The notes below the pieces were generated by a model. That model was not told where the DNA came from and searched no databases. It saw only the letters and a program-made list of their open reading frames with translations. 24,000 bases of DNA from an uncultured Sphingobacteriales bacterium. Its GTDB lineage: Bacteria > Bacteroidota > Bacteroidia > Chitinophagales > Chitinophagaceae. The translations under genes and the position numbers were made by a program. How positions within the stretch are numbered: the first letter of the stretch is position 1; every line of letters starts with the position of its first letter. The stretch spans positions 831,680 through 855,679 of the forward strand of contig CAWGLH010000007.1 of the NCBI GenBank assembly GCA_963823365.1, given 5' to 3'. Below, piece by piece: positions 1 through 10,401 of the stretch.

Positions 1-1
1 C

Positions 2-753
2 CTGCTGGAACTGGGTGGCAACAATGCCATCATCATTTCTGCATCAGCCGACCTGGATATTGCCGTGATCGGATGCGTTTTCGGTGCAGTGGGCACTGCC
101 GGTCAGCGTTGTACTTCAACCAGGAGGCTGATCATTCATGAATCGGTCTATGATGTATTCAAGGAAAAACTGGTAAAGGCATATAAACAATTGCGTATTG
201 GCAATCCTCTGGACAGAATAAACCATGTTGGGCCACTGATTGACCAGGATGCGGTTAAATGTACCTGGATGCCGTAGACCAATGCAGGAAGGAAGGTGGT
301 GTCTTTATTGTGGAACCGGGTGTACCGGAAGGAAGTGAATATGAGAAGCGGCTGTTACGTAAAACCCTGTATTGCAGAAGTTGAACCGGAATTTCACATC
401 GTACAGCAGGAAACCTTTGCCCCCATTCTATATATCATGAAATACAGAGACATGGAAGAAGCTATTAATATTCAAAATAGCGTGCCACAGGGACTCTCCT
501 CCTCCATCATGACCCTGAATATGCGGGAAGCAGAGTTTTTCTTTCTGCAGAAGGAAGCGATTGCGGCATTGCAAACGTAAATATCGGCACCAGCGGTGCG
601 GAAATTGGCGGGGCCTTCGGAGGAGAAAAAGAAACAGGCGGCGGCAGGGAAAGCGGAAGTGATGCATGGAAAGTTTATATGCGCCGGCAAACCAATACCA
701 TAAACTATTCTACCAAACTGCCTCTGGCACAGGGTATTAAATTTGACTTCTGA
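2..753 (+). CDS. Aldehyde dehydrogenase, ALDH7 / piperideine-6-carboxylate (alpha-aminoadipic semialdehyde) dehydrogenase-like. The 5' end lies outside the window. The frame is broken by 3 single-base shifts as assembled.
   Basis: Frame 2 from nt 2 reads [19 protein letters not shown]...[17 protein letters not shown], which carries the ALDH Glu and Cys active-site motifs. Homology continues after shifts near 257-259, about 345 and 536-544: [21 protein letters not shown] / [28 protein letters not shown] / [64 protein letters not shown]. Stop is TGA 751-753. Confidence 0.85.
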
Positions 754-843
754 GAATTATGCAAAAAACTCCCAAAATTGGATAAAAGGCTATTAGGATA
801 CGCCTTTCAAGCTGTATTTTTGTATCTTAAACTGAATAAATCA

Positions 844-2557
844 ATGATTGTACGTCTAGCCAGTTTTATCTCATTTCTGTACTCTTTTCCCTTTCCGCAA
901 TGTCCCAGAAATCCCTTAAAGAAGTATCCAAAGGATGGCATTTGCTGGATTTCAAGCAGGATGGCGTTTATGGAATTGGTGTTGAGAAGGCATATGAGAC
1001 TATCCTTAAGGATAAGAAACCCAAACAGATTGTAGTCGTTGCCGTTATCGATTCAGGTGTAGATACGACCCATGAAGACCTTAAGCCTGTATTATGGGTA
1101 AATTCAAAGGAAATTCCCGGAAATGGTATGGATGACGATAAGAACGGGTATATAGATGATATCCATGGCTGGAACTTCCTGGGAAATAAAGACGGAAGGA
1201 ATGTTACCAAAGACAGTTATGAAGCTGCCAGGGTGTATTATTCATACCGGAAAAAATATGAGGATCAAATACCAGATTCAACTAAAATGAATCCGGAACA
1301 GCTTGCACAATTACAGATGTACCTCCGGGCAAAAGTGCAGATAGAAAGCCAGGCTAAGGAATCTGCAATGATTGTCCTGATCCTTAAAAATATTGTTGAA
1401 AAACTGCCGGCAGCTGACAGCATCCTGCGCACATGCCATGTCAAAAGAAACTTACACCGGCGATGAACTGCTGCCCTTCAAACCGTCAACAGCCGAACAA
1501 AGCAAATCCAAAAATATCATGCTTGGTCTCTTCCAGCAAACACAGCAGATGGATGTTTCCAATAAACAATTGATTGAATGATATTACGGAATATTATAAC
1601 GGTGAAAAATCCAAAGTGGAGATGCTGGATAAAGAACCTGAAGATTACCGGGGTAAAATTGTAGGTGATAATTATGATGACATAAATGACAGGTATTATG
1701 GCAATAATGATGTTATGGCTACTGATGCTTCCCATGGCACACATGTGGCAGGTATTATCGGAGCAGCCCGGAATAATGGGATAGGCATCAATGGTGTCGC
1801 TGACAATGTGAGGATTATGGCCATAAGGGCGGTTCCGGATGGTGATGAACATGATAAGGATATTGCCAATGCCATTCGTTATGCGGTTGACAATGGCGCC
1901 AGGGTCATTAATATGAGTTTTGGAAAAAGTTTTTCACCTCAGAAAAAATGGGTGGATGATGCCATGAAATATGCTGAAAGCAAAGGCGTACTGCTGGTAC
2001 ATGCTGCCGGAAATGAATCCACAAATATTGATAATGCAGAAAATTATCCCAGCCCGGTATACCTGGAAAACGGCAAGCATACAACCAACTGGATATCCGT
2101 TGGTGCAAGCGGACCTACTGCAGATGATCTGGTGGCCTCTTTTTCAAATTATGGAAAGAAAGATGTGGATGTGTTCTCCCCCGGTGTGAAAATTTACAGC
2201 ACATTACCGGGTGGAAATGCATACGGAAACCAGCAGGGAACCAGCATGGCAAGCCCGGTTACAGCCGGACTGGCAGCCTTGATACTTTCCTATTACCCGG
2301 AATTAACTGCAACACAGGTAAAAGAAATCATTCAAAAATCTGTGACCCCTGCTCCAGAAATAAAAGTTTTCAAACCTTCCAAGGAAGGAGAAGAAGATTT
2401 GGTACCTTTCTCTGAACTCAGTAAAACCGGGGGCGTTATCAATGCCGCAGAAGCATTGAAACTGGCTGAAACGTATAAGGGTTCCACCGTTCCCAAGGTT
2501 GCACCCAAGAAAGCACCATTGCCAAAATCGACAATTAAAAAAACTAAAAAAGGATAA
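844..2557 (+). CDS. S8 (subtilisin-family) serine peptidase, probably secreted. Frameshifted as assembled (2 certain shifts, 1 possible at the N-terminus).
   Basis: Catalytic triad motifs occur in D-H-S order: AVIDSGVD (Asp codon 1050-1052), HGTHVAG (His codon 1733-1735), GTSMASP (Ser codon 2243-2245). ORF pieces 900-1466, 1393-1581 and 1574-2557 join colinearly (..AADSILR/HAMSKETYTGDELLPF..NKQLI/NDITEYYNGE..). A signal-peptide-like MIVRLASFISFLYSF from ATG 844 is in a further frame, so the start is 844 or 900. Confidence 0.85.
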
Positions 2558-2559
2558 AA

Positions 2560-3070
2560 ATGGCCAGACCAGTTCCGTCAGACTACCCTGTTTTTTATGA
2601 AACGTATATTAAACTGGTAAGTGAAGAGGACCTGGTGCAGACTATGCGTTTATCGCTGGAAGAAATTGTAGATTTCCTGGAAGGAATTGCCCCTGACAAA
2701 GCTGAATACAGGTATGCGGAAGGCAAGTGGTCTGTAAAGGAATTACTGCAACATATCATTGATACAGAAAGGATATTTTCTTACAGGGGATTATGTTTTG
2801 CAAGGGGTGAAGCAGCAATCTCTTCCCGGCTTTGATGAAAATGCCTATGCACAACATGCTGATGTAAGCGGAAAGACCCTTAAGGATTTAAAAGAGGAAT
2901 TACTTATCGTCAGGGAATCCGTATTTATGATGTTCCGGGGATTTACTCCTGAAATGCTTAACAGCACAGGAATTTCAAATAATAAACAAGTTACAGTTAA
3001 CGCGATTGGTTACATGATTATCGGTCATGTTCGCCATCACTTTAATATACTCAGGGAAAGATACTTGTAA
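2560..3070 (+). CDS. DinB-family (DinB_2-like four-helix-bundle) protein. One frameshift as assembled.
   Basis: ORFs 2560-2835 and 2759-3070 join at about 2804-2811 (gggg/aa runs): ..WSVKELLQHIIDTERIFSYRGLCFARGE / KQQSLPGFDENAYAQH..IGYMIIGHVRHHFNILRERYL. The spaced His residues (HIID, HVRHH) are typical of the DinB metal triad. The gene starts 3 nt after the S8 stop. Confidence 0.75.
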
Positions 3071-5268
3071 AAAGCAAATGGTCAATGTGATCAGGCATTT
3101 CTTCACATTGACCATTTTATATTGCTCGAAGGCAATTATTATTTCTTCACCAGTGCAGATTTCCCGGATCATATCATTCATTACGTTTACACTCTCACCC
3201 AGGTAAATATCCTTGCTCAGGTTTTTAATCCACTGTTTCCTTCTTTCGAGTTTATCGTTGTCTGCTGATAATTTTTTCTCATCGTTGGGAATCAGCGCAA
3301 GCTCAAGCGCCGGAGCTGTTTTATTGATTTCTTCAACTTTTTTAATCGTTGCTTTTATCTGCTTTTGCTCTGCCCTGTATTTCTCCATGTTGAGTGAATA
3401 TTCTTTGTCATTGATCTTGGCCAGCCAACTGGTACTTTCCTTGATGGCATTGAATGACTGATTCGTGCTTATTCGTCCGAGGCTGGCGGTCCTGATAGAG
3501 GGTAAATCATAATATGATTTACCTGACACATAATCTGCTTTTTTAATCTCATCCCATGGCAATGCATCGGGATTATCTTTTTCACGATACTTAAGGTATT
3601 CAAGCTGGTCAGGTATAACAATATCAGGAGTAACACCTTTTAATTGTGTGGAGCCTCCGTTAATGCGGTAAAATTTCTGAAGGGTCAGTTTTACTGTACC
3701 CAGTTCCTGTGCACTGCTCGCTATAAGTCCGGTATTTCCTTCAAGGCCAATATTACGCTGAACCGTTCCTTTACCGTAGGTTGATGTACTGCCAATGATT
3801 ACACCGCGGTTATAATCCTGAATGGCCGCAGCAAAAATCTCAGAAGCAGAGGCACTGAAAATTCATTCACCATTACTGCAAGAGGTCCATCATATAAAAC
3901 AGTTTTGTCCCTGTCGCGCAATATATTCGGATTTCCATCCCTGTCTTTAACCTGAACAATCGGGCCTTCATCAATAAAAAATCCGACCATCTGCACCACA
4001 TCATACAAGGATCCGCCGCCATTATTCCGCAGGTCCATAATTATTCCGTCAACATTCTGTTCTTTGAGTTTCAGTGATTTCACGTGCCACATCCATTGCA
4101 CTCCTTGCACCATTGGGCCTTTCCCAATCGGCATAAAATTCAGGCAGCCATATATAACCGATCTTCTTGTCATTTTCATTGATGATCGCACTTTTGGCAA
4201 AAGTTTCATCAGTCACTGATTTCATCCCTTATCATGGTCACGATTTTAATAGAGCCGTCTGCTTTTTTAAGGGTAAGCCTTACTTCTGTGCCTTTCTTAC
4301 CGCGAATCAGTTTTACCGCATCTTCCACGTCAAATCCGGTCAGGTCAACTGGTTCTTCAGCACCCTGGGCAACTTTCATAACAGCATCACCTACCTGGAT
4401 TTGCTGTGATTTCCATGCAGGACTTCCGGCCACAAGGGTGGCAATTTTTATGCTTCCGTCATCGGCCCTAAGTGAAGCACCAATGCCAAAAAAACGTCCG
4501 CTCATCTGTTCATCAAAATATCTTTTTTCTACAGGAGGGAAAAATGTGGTGTGGGGATCCATGGTAGTGGTAATGGTATTCACCAGCATATTAAACCTTT
4601 CCTCTTCAGTAAACTTATTATTCAGCCTTTCAAAATTCCTTCCCATGATCTTGATTACCTTTTCCCGCGCTTCTTTTTCCAGTTCAGCATCTGTTTTTAC
4701 TACAAAGCCTTCAGTGCCTTTATTCTGTTCCCTGGCATCCAGCAAATCAGCATATCGCTCCAGCGCCAGATATTTAAGCTTTTTCCTCCAGGAATCTTTT
4801 CGGGCAGTTTCGTTGGCCGGGAAATCAAGTTTATCCCCGTCAATGATGACTGTTTCATCAACGTGTATAATTGAAACGGGGTGGCAAGGATGGTCTTTAT
4901 ACAAACCAGAAACTTCTCCCAGCCTTTTCTGGTAGATCACATTAGCAGCAGTAAAAAACTGCATGGGAGCACCATGAAGTTCATCATCAATCCTTGTTTC
5001 AAATTTCTTCAGTTCTTTTATATCTGACTGAAGGAAAATATTTTTATCGGGATCAAGGATTGCCCATGAATTTCTTGAAAATCTGTTTGGAAAAATTATC
5101 ATCAATCTTTTGGGGACTGTAATGCGCCTCTTCAAGCATTTCAGCAACCTGCTGAAAAATCTTTTCATATTTGGTGGGAGGATTTCCATTCCCCAATGTG
5201 GTAAAAGCAATCAGGATTCCACCTATAACAATAGCCATTAAAACAGGGAGGGATTTTTTGCTAAACAT
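2975..5268 (-). CDS. S41 carboxy-terminal processing (tail-specific) peptidase with PDZ domain. At least 4 frameshifts as assembled, and the true stop is probably near 3139-3141.
   Basis: Minus-strand pieces 5053-5304, 4209-5210 and 3799-4209, plus a start-less frame 3563-3858 continuous with 2975-3562. Motifs: N-terminal anchor MFSKKSLPVLMAIVIGGILIAF; PDZ-like GSPAWKSQQIQVGDAVMKV; S41 core IIMDLRNNGGGSL and FSASASEIFAAAIQDYNRGVIIGSTSTYGKGTVQ (Ser/Lys dyad region, readable only after a shift near 3858). Other shifts lie near 5060, 4209 and 4085. The start is ATG 5266-5268 (alternatively 5296-5298). Confidence 0.85.
3076..3117. terminator. Bidirectional intrinsic terminator hairpin between the convergent DinB and S41 genes
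   Basis: Perfect 15-bp inverted repeat AAATGGTCAATGTGA (3076-3090) / TCACATTGACCATTT (3103-3117) with a 12-nt loop. T-rich sequence follows it on both strands (tttatatt on plus; ttgcttttt on minus). Confidence 0.7.
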
Positions 5269-5382
5269 AAATTGAAAAGTTTTATGCAGATCTAACATAC
5301 TCAAATTTAACGGAATTTCCTTCTCATTGTTGCTATTATAAAGGTCATTTAACGAACCCTTTTATATTGTTTGATGAGTGGT

Positions 5383-5412
5383 AAAAATAAAACTCCTGCC
5401 GATTGGCAGGAG
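5383..5412 (-). terminator. Intrinsic terminator downstream of tRNA-His
   Basis: On the minus strand the stem CTCCTGCC / GGCAGGAG (5393-5400 / 5405-5412, 4-nt loop) is followed directly by TTTTATTTTT (complement of 5383-5392). Confidence 0.7.
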
Positions 5413-5418
5413 CTTTTG

Positions 5419-5493
5419 GGAGGATGATGGGGCTCGAACCCACGACCCTCAGAACCACAATCTGATGCTCTAACCAACTGAGCTACACCCTCC
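5419..5493 (-). tRNA. tRNA-His (anticodon GTG), 75 nt, with genomically encoded G-1. The 3' CCA is not fully encoded.
   Basis: The reverse complement folds by hand into a cloverleaf: G(-1) GAGGGTG TA GCTC AGTTGGTTA GAGC A TCAGA TTGTGGT TCTGA GGGTC GTGGG TTCGAGC CCCAT CATCCTC C. The acceptor and T stems pair with one G-U each. The anticodon loop TTGTGGT gives GTG, and G-1 opposite C73 is the His identity element. Confidence 0.95.
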
Positions 5494-5654
5494 GTATGGA
5501 AATTCTTCCGGGCTGCAAAAATAAGCAAATGCCATTCTTGACCCAAATCTAAAACCAATTTGACCGGGAATTTACTGATCAGGTAATGGTGCCGCTTATC
5601 AATGCCCTGCTATCGGACAAATATCTGTTTCTTTGCGACACCCAATCTATTAAT

Positions 5655-6260
5655 ATGAGTATCTGGCTGCTGAGTATTCCATTTATTTCCGCTTTTATTG
5701 GCTGGTTCACCAACTGGGTGGCCATCAAAATGCTGTTTCATCCCAGGGAGCCCAGGAAATTCCTATGGATAACCTTCCAGGGTATTTTTCCAAAAAGGCA
5801 GGAACAATTCGGGGAAAAACTGGGTAAACTGGTCAGTGAGGAATTTCTTTCGTTCAGTGATATTGAACAAAGGATTTCGGACCCCGCCAACCTGCAGAAA
5901 ATTCTGCCGATGGTAGATGCACATATAGATACTTTCCTGCATACCAAACTCGGAAAGCGGTTCCCCATGATTTCCATGTTCATAGGGGAAAAAACCATCG
6001 GCAACCTGAAAGCGGCATTCATGGAAGAACTCCAGGAACTATTCCCCGTCCTGATGCAACATTATGCCGGGCAGCTGCAAAAGGAACTGGACCTGGAACA
6101 TATTGTTACAGAAAAAGTCAGGCAATTCTCGTCTGACAAACTGGAAACCGTTCTCCACCAAATTATGGCCAAGGAATTCCGCTTTGTGGAAATACTGGGA
6201 GGGGTCCTGGGTTTCCTTATTGGTATTTTCCAGGTTTTCATCACCCTGGTGGCCAAATAG
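5655..6260 (+). CDS. DUF445-family membrane protein
   Basis: Intact ORF. Its motifs FTNWVAIKMLFHPREP and GIFPKRQEQFGEKLGKLVSEEF match what I recall of DUF445, and both ends are hydrophobic. I prefer ATG 5655 (MSIWLLSIPF..) to the track start 5586. Confidence 0.7.
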   Translation: MSIWLLSIPFISAFIGWFTNWVAIKMLFHPREPRKFLWITFQGIFPKRQEQFGEKLGKLVSEEFLSFSDIEQRISDPANLQKILPMVDAHIDTFLHTKLGKRFPMISMFIGEKTIGNLKAAFMEELQELFPVLMQHYAGQLQKELDLEHIVTEKVRQFSSDKLETVLHQIMAKEFRFVEILGGVLGFLIGIFQVFITLVAK

Positions 6261-6424
6261 CACTTGTTATTTGTCATTTTTTCTGCTGGTCTGTTAAAAA
6301 GGCGGGTTTTATTCATTTCCTGCAACTATTGGCCATTCATCTTGTTAAATAGCCTTTAACATATAATTCTTGGCACTGGCACAAGTTTTTTACCCTTTTT
6401 ACATCTAAATATCAAAACATACTT

Positions 6425-9057
6425 ATGAGAGTTTTTTTGCTGCTGTCCATGAACCTGTTGCTTTTAGGTGCTTTTGCACAGGTTCCTTCTGCTGGAGGAG
6501 CCAGGGGTGGCGGTCAGAACATGAATATGGGCAGGTTCTACGGCAAAGTGGTGGATTCAAAGAATAATAAGCCGGTTGATGCCGCCTCTGTACAGTTAAT
6601 TCAAAGCAAATTCGATACCGTCCAAAAGAAAAGGGTTGACCAGGTAATTTCCGGCCAGCTTACCAAAGCCAATGGTGATTTCAGCCTGGAGAACCTCCCG
6701 ATCATGGCCCAGTTTAAACTCAAAATATCGGCTATCGGTTATGTAGCCTTATGAACAAGCCCTCAAATTTGAAATCAAGCCTGGAGGCGATATGTCTCAA
6801 ATGATGAATATGGTCGATAAAGACCTTGGTAACCTGAAACTTTCTCCGGATATAAAATCACTTGCAGAAGTTACTGTTACGGCTACAAAGCCATTCATGC
6901 AAATGGGTGTTGACCGCAGGATTTTCAATGTGGAAAAAAGCCTTGTATCAGCCGGCCAAACTGCGACAGAACTGATGCGGAATATCCCTGGATTGAATGT
7001 TGATATTGATGGTAATGTAACCTTAAGAAATGCAGCACCAACCATCTTCGTTGATGGAAGGCCAACTACCCTTACACTTGACCAGATTCCGGCAGATGCC
7101 ATTGAAAGCGTGGAAATGATTACCAATCCTTCTGCAAAATATGATGCATCGGGTGGAATGGCGGGAATCCTGAATATCGTACTGAAGAAAAACCGGAAAG
7201 CCGGCTATAACGGTAATGTCAGGGCTGGTATTGATTCCCGTGCAAAAATTAATCTGGGCGGTGATATCAATGTTAAACAGGATAAGGTAAATGTATTTCT
7301 GAGCGGAATGTATAACCAGCGGAAATCCATTGGCGAAGGACAATCCATCCGGACAGAAAAATATACCACACCCAATATACTGATCAACCAGACCAACAAC
7401 CCGATCAGTGATGGTTCTTTTATGTTCCTCAGGGGTGGCTTTGATTATTTTATTGATAACCGAAATACCATTACCATTTCAGGTAATTATGTAAAAGGGG
7501 AGTTTAACAATTCAGACTTGTTTAACATTGATACGGATTCAGTTGATAATATCATCAACTCTGATCTTTCAACCCGGACAACCAACAATGAGTTCTTTTT
7601 CAGGAATATCAATAGTGCATTGGGATATAAAAGACTTTTCAAGAAAACCGGCCGTGAGTTAACGGCTGATATCAATTACAGCAGGGCAAAGAATGGAAGT
7701 GAGGGTCTTTTTATCAACCAATATTATGATGACCTAAATAACCCGAAAGGTATACCCATTGAACAATCATCGGAAGGAAATGGAAACAATAATTTCTTTA
7801 CTTTCCAGTCTGATTTTGTAACACCGCTTTCTGAGAAAACCAAATTAGAAGTAGGTGTCCGCGCTGCCATCAGGAATGTACAGAGTGAAAACCTGAATTA
7901 TATTCAGAATCCAATTACCGGTGAACTGGTTCCTTTTGCAGCCATTAATGCCAATTATAAATATGAGGACCGTGTGCTGGCAGCATATTCAACCATTATC
8001 CGGAAAGATCGGCAAAGAATTCACGTACCTTGAGGACTCAGGATGGAAAGTTCAAATTATGAAGGAACACTGCTTACCAATGATTCCAGTTTCAGCAATT
8101 CCTTTCCATTCAGTTTCTTTCCAAGCATTTTCCTGACAAAGAAATTGAAGCAATAATGACTGACCTGCAGTTCAGTTATTCAAGAAGAATCAACAGGCCG
8201 AATTTCTTCCAGTTGCTGCCATTTGTTGATTACTCCGATTCACTCAATATCACCAGGGGTAATCCCAACCTGGTTCCTGAATTCACCAATTCATGGAATT
8301 GTCTTACCAGAAAAATTTCAAGAAAAATCACAGCCTCATGTTCTCAGGCTGGTTAAAAATGACCAATAACCTGATCACCAGGGCCCAGGTAAAAGAACCC
8401 AGTTCTGTTCCGGGAAGGGATGTGATTATCAATACTTATATCAATGCGAATAACAGCCGTGCATATGGTCTGGAAGTAACTTCAAAAAATCCGCTGGCCA
8501 AATGGCTTGATGTGACTACCAACCTGAATGTGTATAATTCCAAGATCAATAATACCGTTGACACCACATTTAGTCAGCGGGGATCTATGGAGTTTCTTTG
8601 CCAAAATGAACCTGGCCTTTAAACTTCCGAAAAACTATTCCATTCAATTGAGTGGTGATTACAGGAGTAAAACCATTCTGCCACAGGGCGGCGTGGTGGT
8701 CGTGGTGGTGGAGGCGGTGGTGGCGGTGGTGGCGGCGGATTCGGCGGTTTCACACAAACTACCTCACAGGGATATAATAATCCCAGTTATGCTGTTGATT
8801 TTGCTATCCGGAAAGAATTCATGAAAGAAAACAAAGCATCCCTTTCACTTAGTGTAAATGATATTTTCAAAACCAGGGTGTCTTCCGTGCATTCTGAATC
8901 TGAATTTTTTGTCCAGGATTATACCAGGAGGCAGGACTGGAGGGTAGTACGATTAAACTTTAATTACCGCTTTGGTAAATTTGATATGTCACTCTTCAAA
9001 CGCAAAAATACCAGGAGCGGTGCAGATGGCATGCAGGAAGGTATGCAGATGCAATAA
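6425..9057 (+). CDS. Outer-membrane beta-barrel family protein: CarboxypepD_reg-like N-domain, plug-like region and PF14905-type barrel, TonB-dependent-receptor-like. 7 frameshifts as assembled.
   Basis: Signal peptide MRVFLLLSMNLLLLGAFAQ, then GRFYGKVVDSKNNKPVDAASVQL, then plug-like NIPGLNVDIDGNVTLRNAAPTIFVDGRPT..ESVEMITNPSAKYDASGGMAGILNIVLKK. Barrel motifs: RRINRPNFFQLLPFVDYSDSLNITRGNPNLVPEF. C-terminus: VVRLNFNYRFGKF. Seven ORF pieces (6425, 6792, 7921, 8156, 8293, 8528, 8821) join colinearly, with frame changes near 6755, 7985, 8030, 8155, 8295, 8580 and 8690. Confidence 0.85.
8687..8751 (+). repeat. GGN trinucleotide tract encoding an RGG/poly-Gly loop (RRGGRG12FGGF) inside the OM barrel gene
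   Basis: In the frame continuous with the C-terminal piece, cgg cgt ggt ggt cgt is followed by 12 consecutive Gly codons (ggt/ggc/gga), then ttc ggc ggt ttc. The ORF-track reading GGVVVVVVEAVVAVV is the same tract in the wrong frame. Confidence 0.8.
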
Positions 9058-9089
9058 GTATGTTTTTGAAACACAGTCCTAGAGTTATT

Positions 9090-9122
9090 AAGGGCCACTG
9101 GAAACAGTGGCCTTTAATTTTT
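9090..9122 (+). terminator. Intrinsic terminator after the OM barrel gene
   Basis: Stem AAGGGCCACTG (9090-9100) / CAGTGGCCTTT (9105-9115) with a GAAA tetraloop, followed by TTTAATTTTT. Confidence 0.75.
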
Positions 9123-9132
9123 AGTACTGTAC

Positions 9133-9795
9133 TTAGTTATTGTTTATTTTGCCCCCGAGCATCGGCACAAAAGAAAAAAGATCAAATCTTTCTTCTGTAA
9201 ATTCTCCATTGTCCTTTTTGGTAATGCGCATCATGCGCTGAAGCTCACCTTCATTTACCGGTATAACCATCATGCCGCCGGGTTTTAGCTGCTGGAGAAG
9301 TTTTCCGGGAATCTCCGGAGCCGCAGCCGTCACAATAACCTTATCAAAGGGTGCAAAAGTTGGCAGGCCCTCAAACCCATCACCATAAAAAAATTTGATA
9401 TTGGGAAATGACCTCAGGTAGGTAAAATCCTTGTTGGTATCGAAAAGTTTTTTCTGGCGTTCGATCGTATACACATTTACTCCAAGAGTAGCGAGGATAG
9501 TTGCCTGGTAACCGCTACCGGTACCAATTTCAAGGATCTTATCATAGGGTTTCAATGATAACAGCTGTGTCTGGTATGCCACTGTATAAGGCTGTGAAAT
9601 AGTTTGCCCTTCACCAATGGGAAATGCCTTGTCATCATATGCGATATGATCAAAAGCTGAATCCAGAAAAAAGTGCCTTGGAACTTTTCCGATGGCTTCC
9701 AGTACCTGCTCATCCGTAATTCCCTTTTTCCTGACTTCTTCCACAAGTTTTTTCCTTAATCCCCGGTGACGGTAATGATCCTCTGTTGGTCGCAT
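9133..9795 (-). CDS. pcm: Protein-L-isoaspartate O-methyltransferase
   Basis: Intact 220-aa ORF with VPRHFFLD, GEGQTISQPYTVAYQTQLL and the SAM-binding ILEIGTGSGYQATILA, as in Pcm. Confidence 0.9.
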   Translation of the reverse strand: MRPTEDHYRHRGLRKKLVEEVRKKGITDEQVLEAIGKVPRHFFLDSAFDHIAYDDKAFPIGEGQTISQPYTVAYQTQLLSLKPYDKILEIGTGSGYQATILATLGVNVYTIERQKKLFDTNKDFTYLRSFPNIKFFYGDGFEGLPTFAPFDKVIVTAAAPEIPGKLLQQLKPGGMMVIPVNEGELQRMMRITKKDNGEFTEERFDLFSFVPMLGGKINNN

Positions 9796-9897
9796 CCGGC
9801 AAAAATAATGGTATTCACACGCATATTATTTTTAGGATATGAATCAGGCATGATTTTTCTATCAGGTTTATACACTATAACTTACAAAAAAAAATTT

Positions 9898-10386
9898 ATG
9901 AAAAATGTTAACCTGTTCAGGAACCTCCTGGTATTATCGGGTTTCCTGTTCCTCGTGGCGGCATGCAAACCCAGCGATTCAGCCATTGCCGAATCAGTGA
10001 AAACCGCAGTCAACACTATTTCCGGCGTTTCCGTTGATGTGAAAGAAGGAGTTGTTACGCTCAGCGGCCAGGTCGCGGATGATGCATCAAAAGCTGCTGC
10101 AGAAACTGCTGTCCAGGCAGTGAAAGGCGTAAAGTCAGTGGTGAATAACCTCACCGTTCCACCTCCCCCTCCGCCTCCCGTGGTGATTAATCCTGATGAT
10201 GTGTTGCGAGGCGGGATTGATTCTGTTTTTGCAGCTAAAGGATTCAAGGGTATAACGGCAAGTGTAAATAATGGTGAAGTTACCCTTACAGGAAATGTTA
10301 AGAAGGCCGACCTGCAAAAAGTAATGCAGGCTGCAAATGAATTAAAGCCCAGAAAAGTAATTAACCAGATGACTATTTCTAAATAA
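9898..10386 (+). CDS. Lipoprotein with two BON domains joined by a Pro7 linker
   Basis: MKNVNLFRNLLVLSGFLFLVAAC carries a lipobox. Two BON-like units follow: VSVDVKEGVVTLSGQV..AVKGVKSVVNNL and ITASVNNGEVTLTGNVKKADLQKVMQAANELKPRKVINQM. PPPPPPP is encoded at 10159-10179. I prefer ATG 9898 over the track start 9766, which overlaps pcm. Confidence 0.75.
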   Translation: MKNVNLFRNLLVLSGFLFLVAACKPSDSAIAESVKTAVNTISGVSVDVKEGVVTLSGQVADDASKAAAETAVQAVKGVKSVVNNLTVPPPPPPPVVINPDDVLRGGIDSVFAAKGFKGITASVNNGEVTLTGNVKKADLQKVMQAANELKPRKVINQMTISK

Positions 10387-10401
10387 TTTAAATACAATTT
10401 T

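Noticed and set aside
815-822. Bacteroidota -7 promoter boxes TAnnTTTG: TATTTTTG 815-822 (+, 22 nt before ATG 844), TATATTTG 21006-21013 (+, 17 nt before ATG 21031), TAAATTTG on the minus strand at 5302-5309 (upstream of ATG 5268)
   Set aside because: They are well placed, but none has the expected TTTG -33 element 19-21 nt upstream. A 6-base motif is expected by chance roughly a dozen or more times in 48 kb of AT-leaning two-strand sequence. I therefore do not list them as features.
4234-4935. Long antisense ORFs in the track: 4234-4935 (+, 233 aa), 9882-10433 (-, 183 aa), 17411-17935 (+, 174 aa), 11777-12172 (+), 21507-21803 (-), 6797-7126 (-) and similar
   Set aside because: Each lies fully opposite a gene with strong family motifs. 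Their translations are low-complexity (S/F/L/P-rich) with no recognisable motifs, so they are shadow ORFs of the opposite-strand coding frame.
5419-5493. tRNA-His as an integration hotspot for accessory DNA
   Set aside because: Both flanks carry ordinary housekeeping or envelope genes (S41 peptidase, DUF445). There is no partial tRNA duplicate or att-like repeat.
5349-5558. 69-aa ORF on the minus strand
   Set aside because: It is the translation of the tRNA-His gene and its terminator (..AQLVRASDCGSEGRGFEPHH..), not a protein gene.
8528-8824. Val/Ala-rich hydrophobic ORF (GGVVVVVVEAVVAVVAADSAV), which could be taken for a membrane peptide
   Set aside because: It is the GGN repeat of the OM barrel gene read in the wrong frame. 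The Gly-rich frame is continuous with the conserved C-terminal barrel strands.
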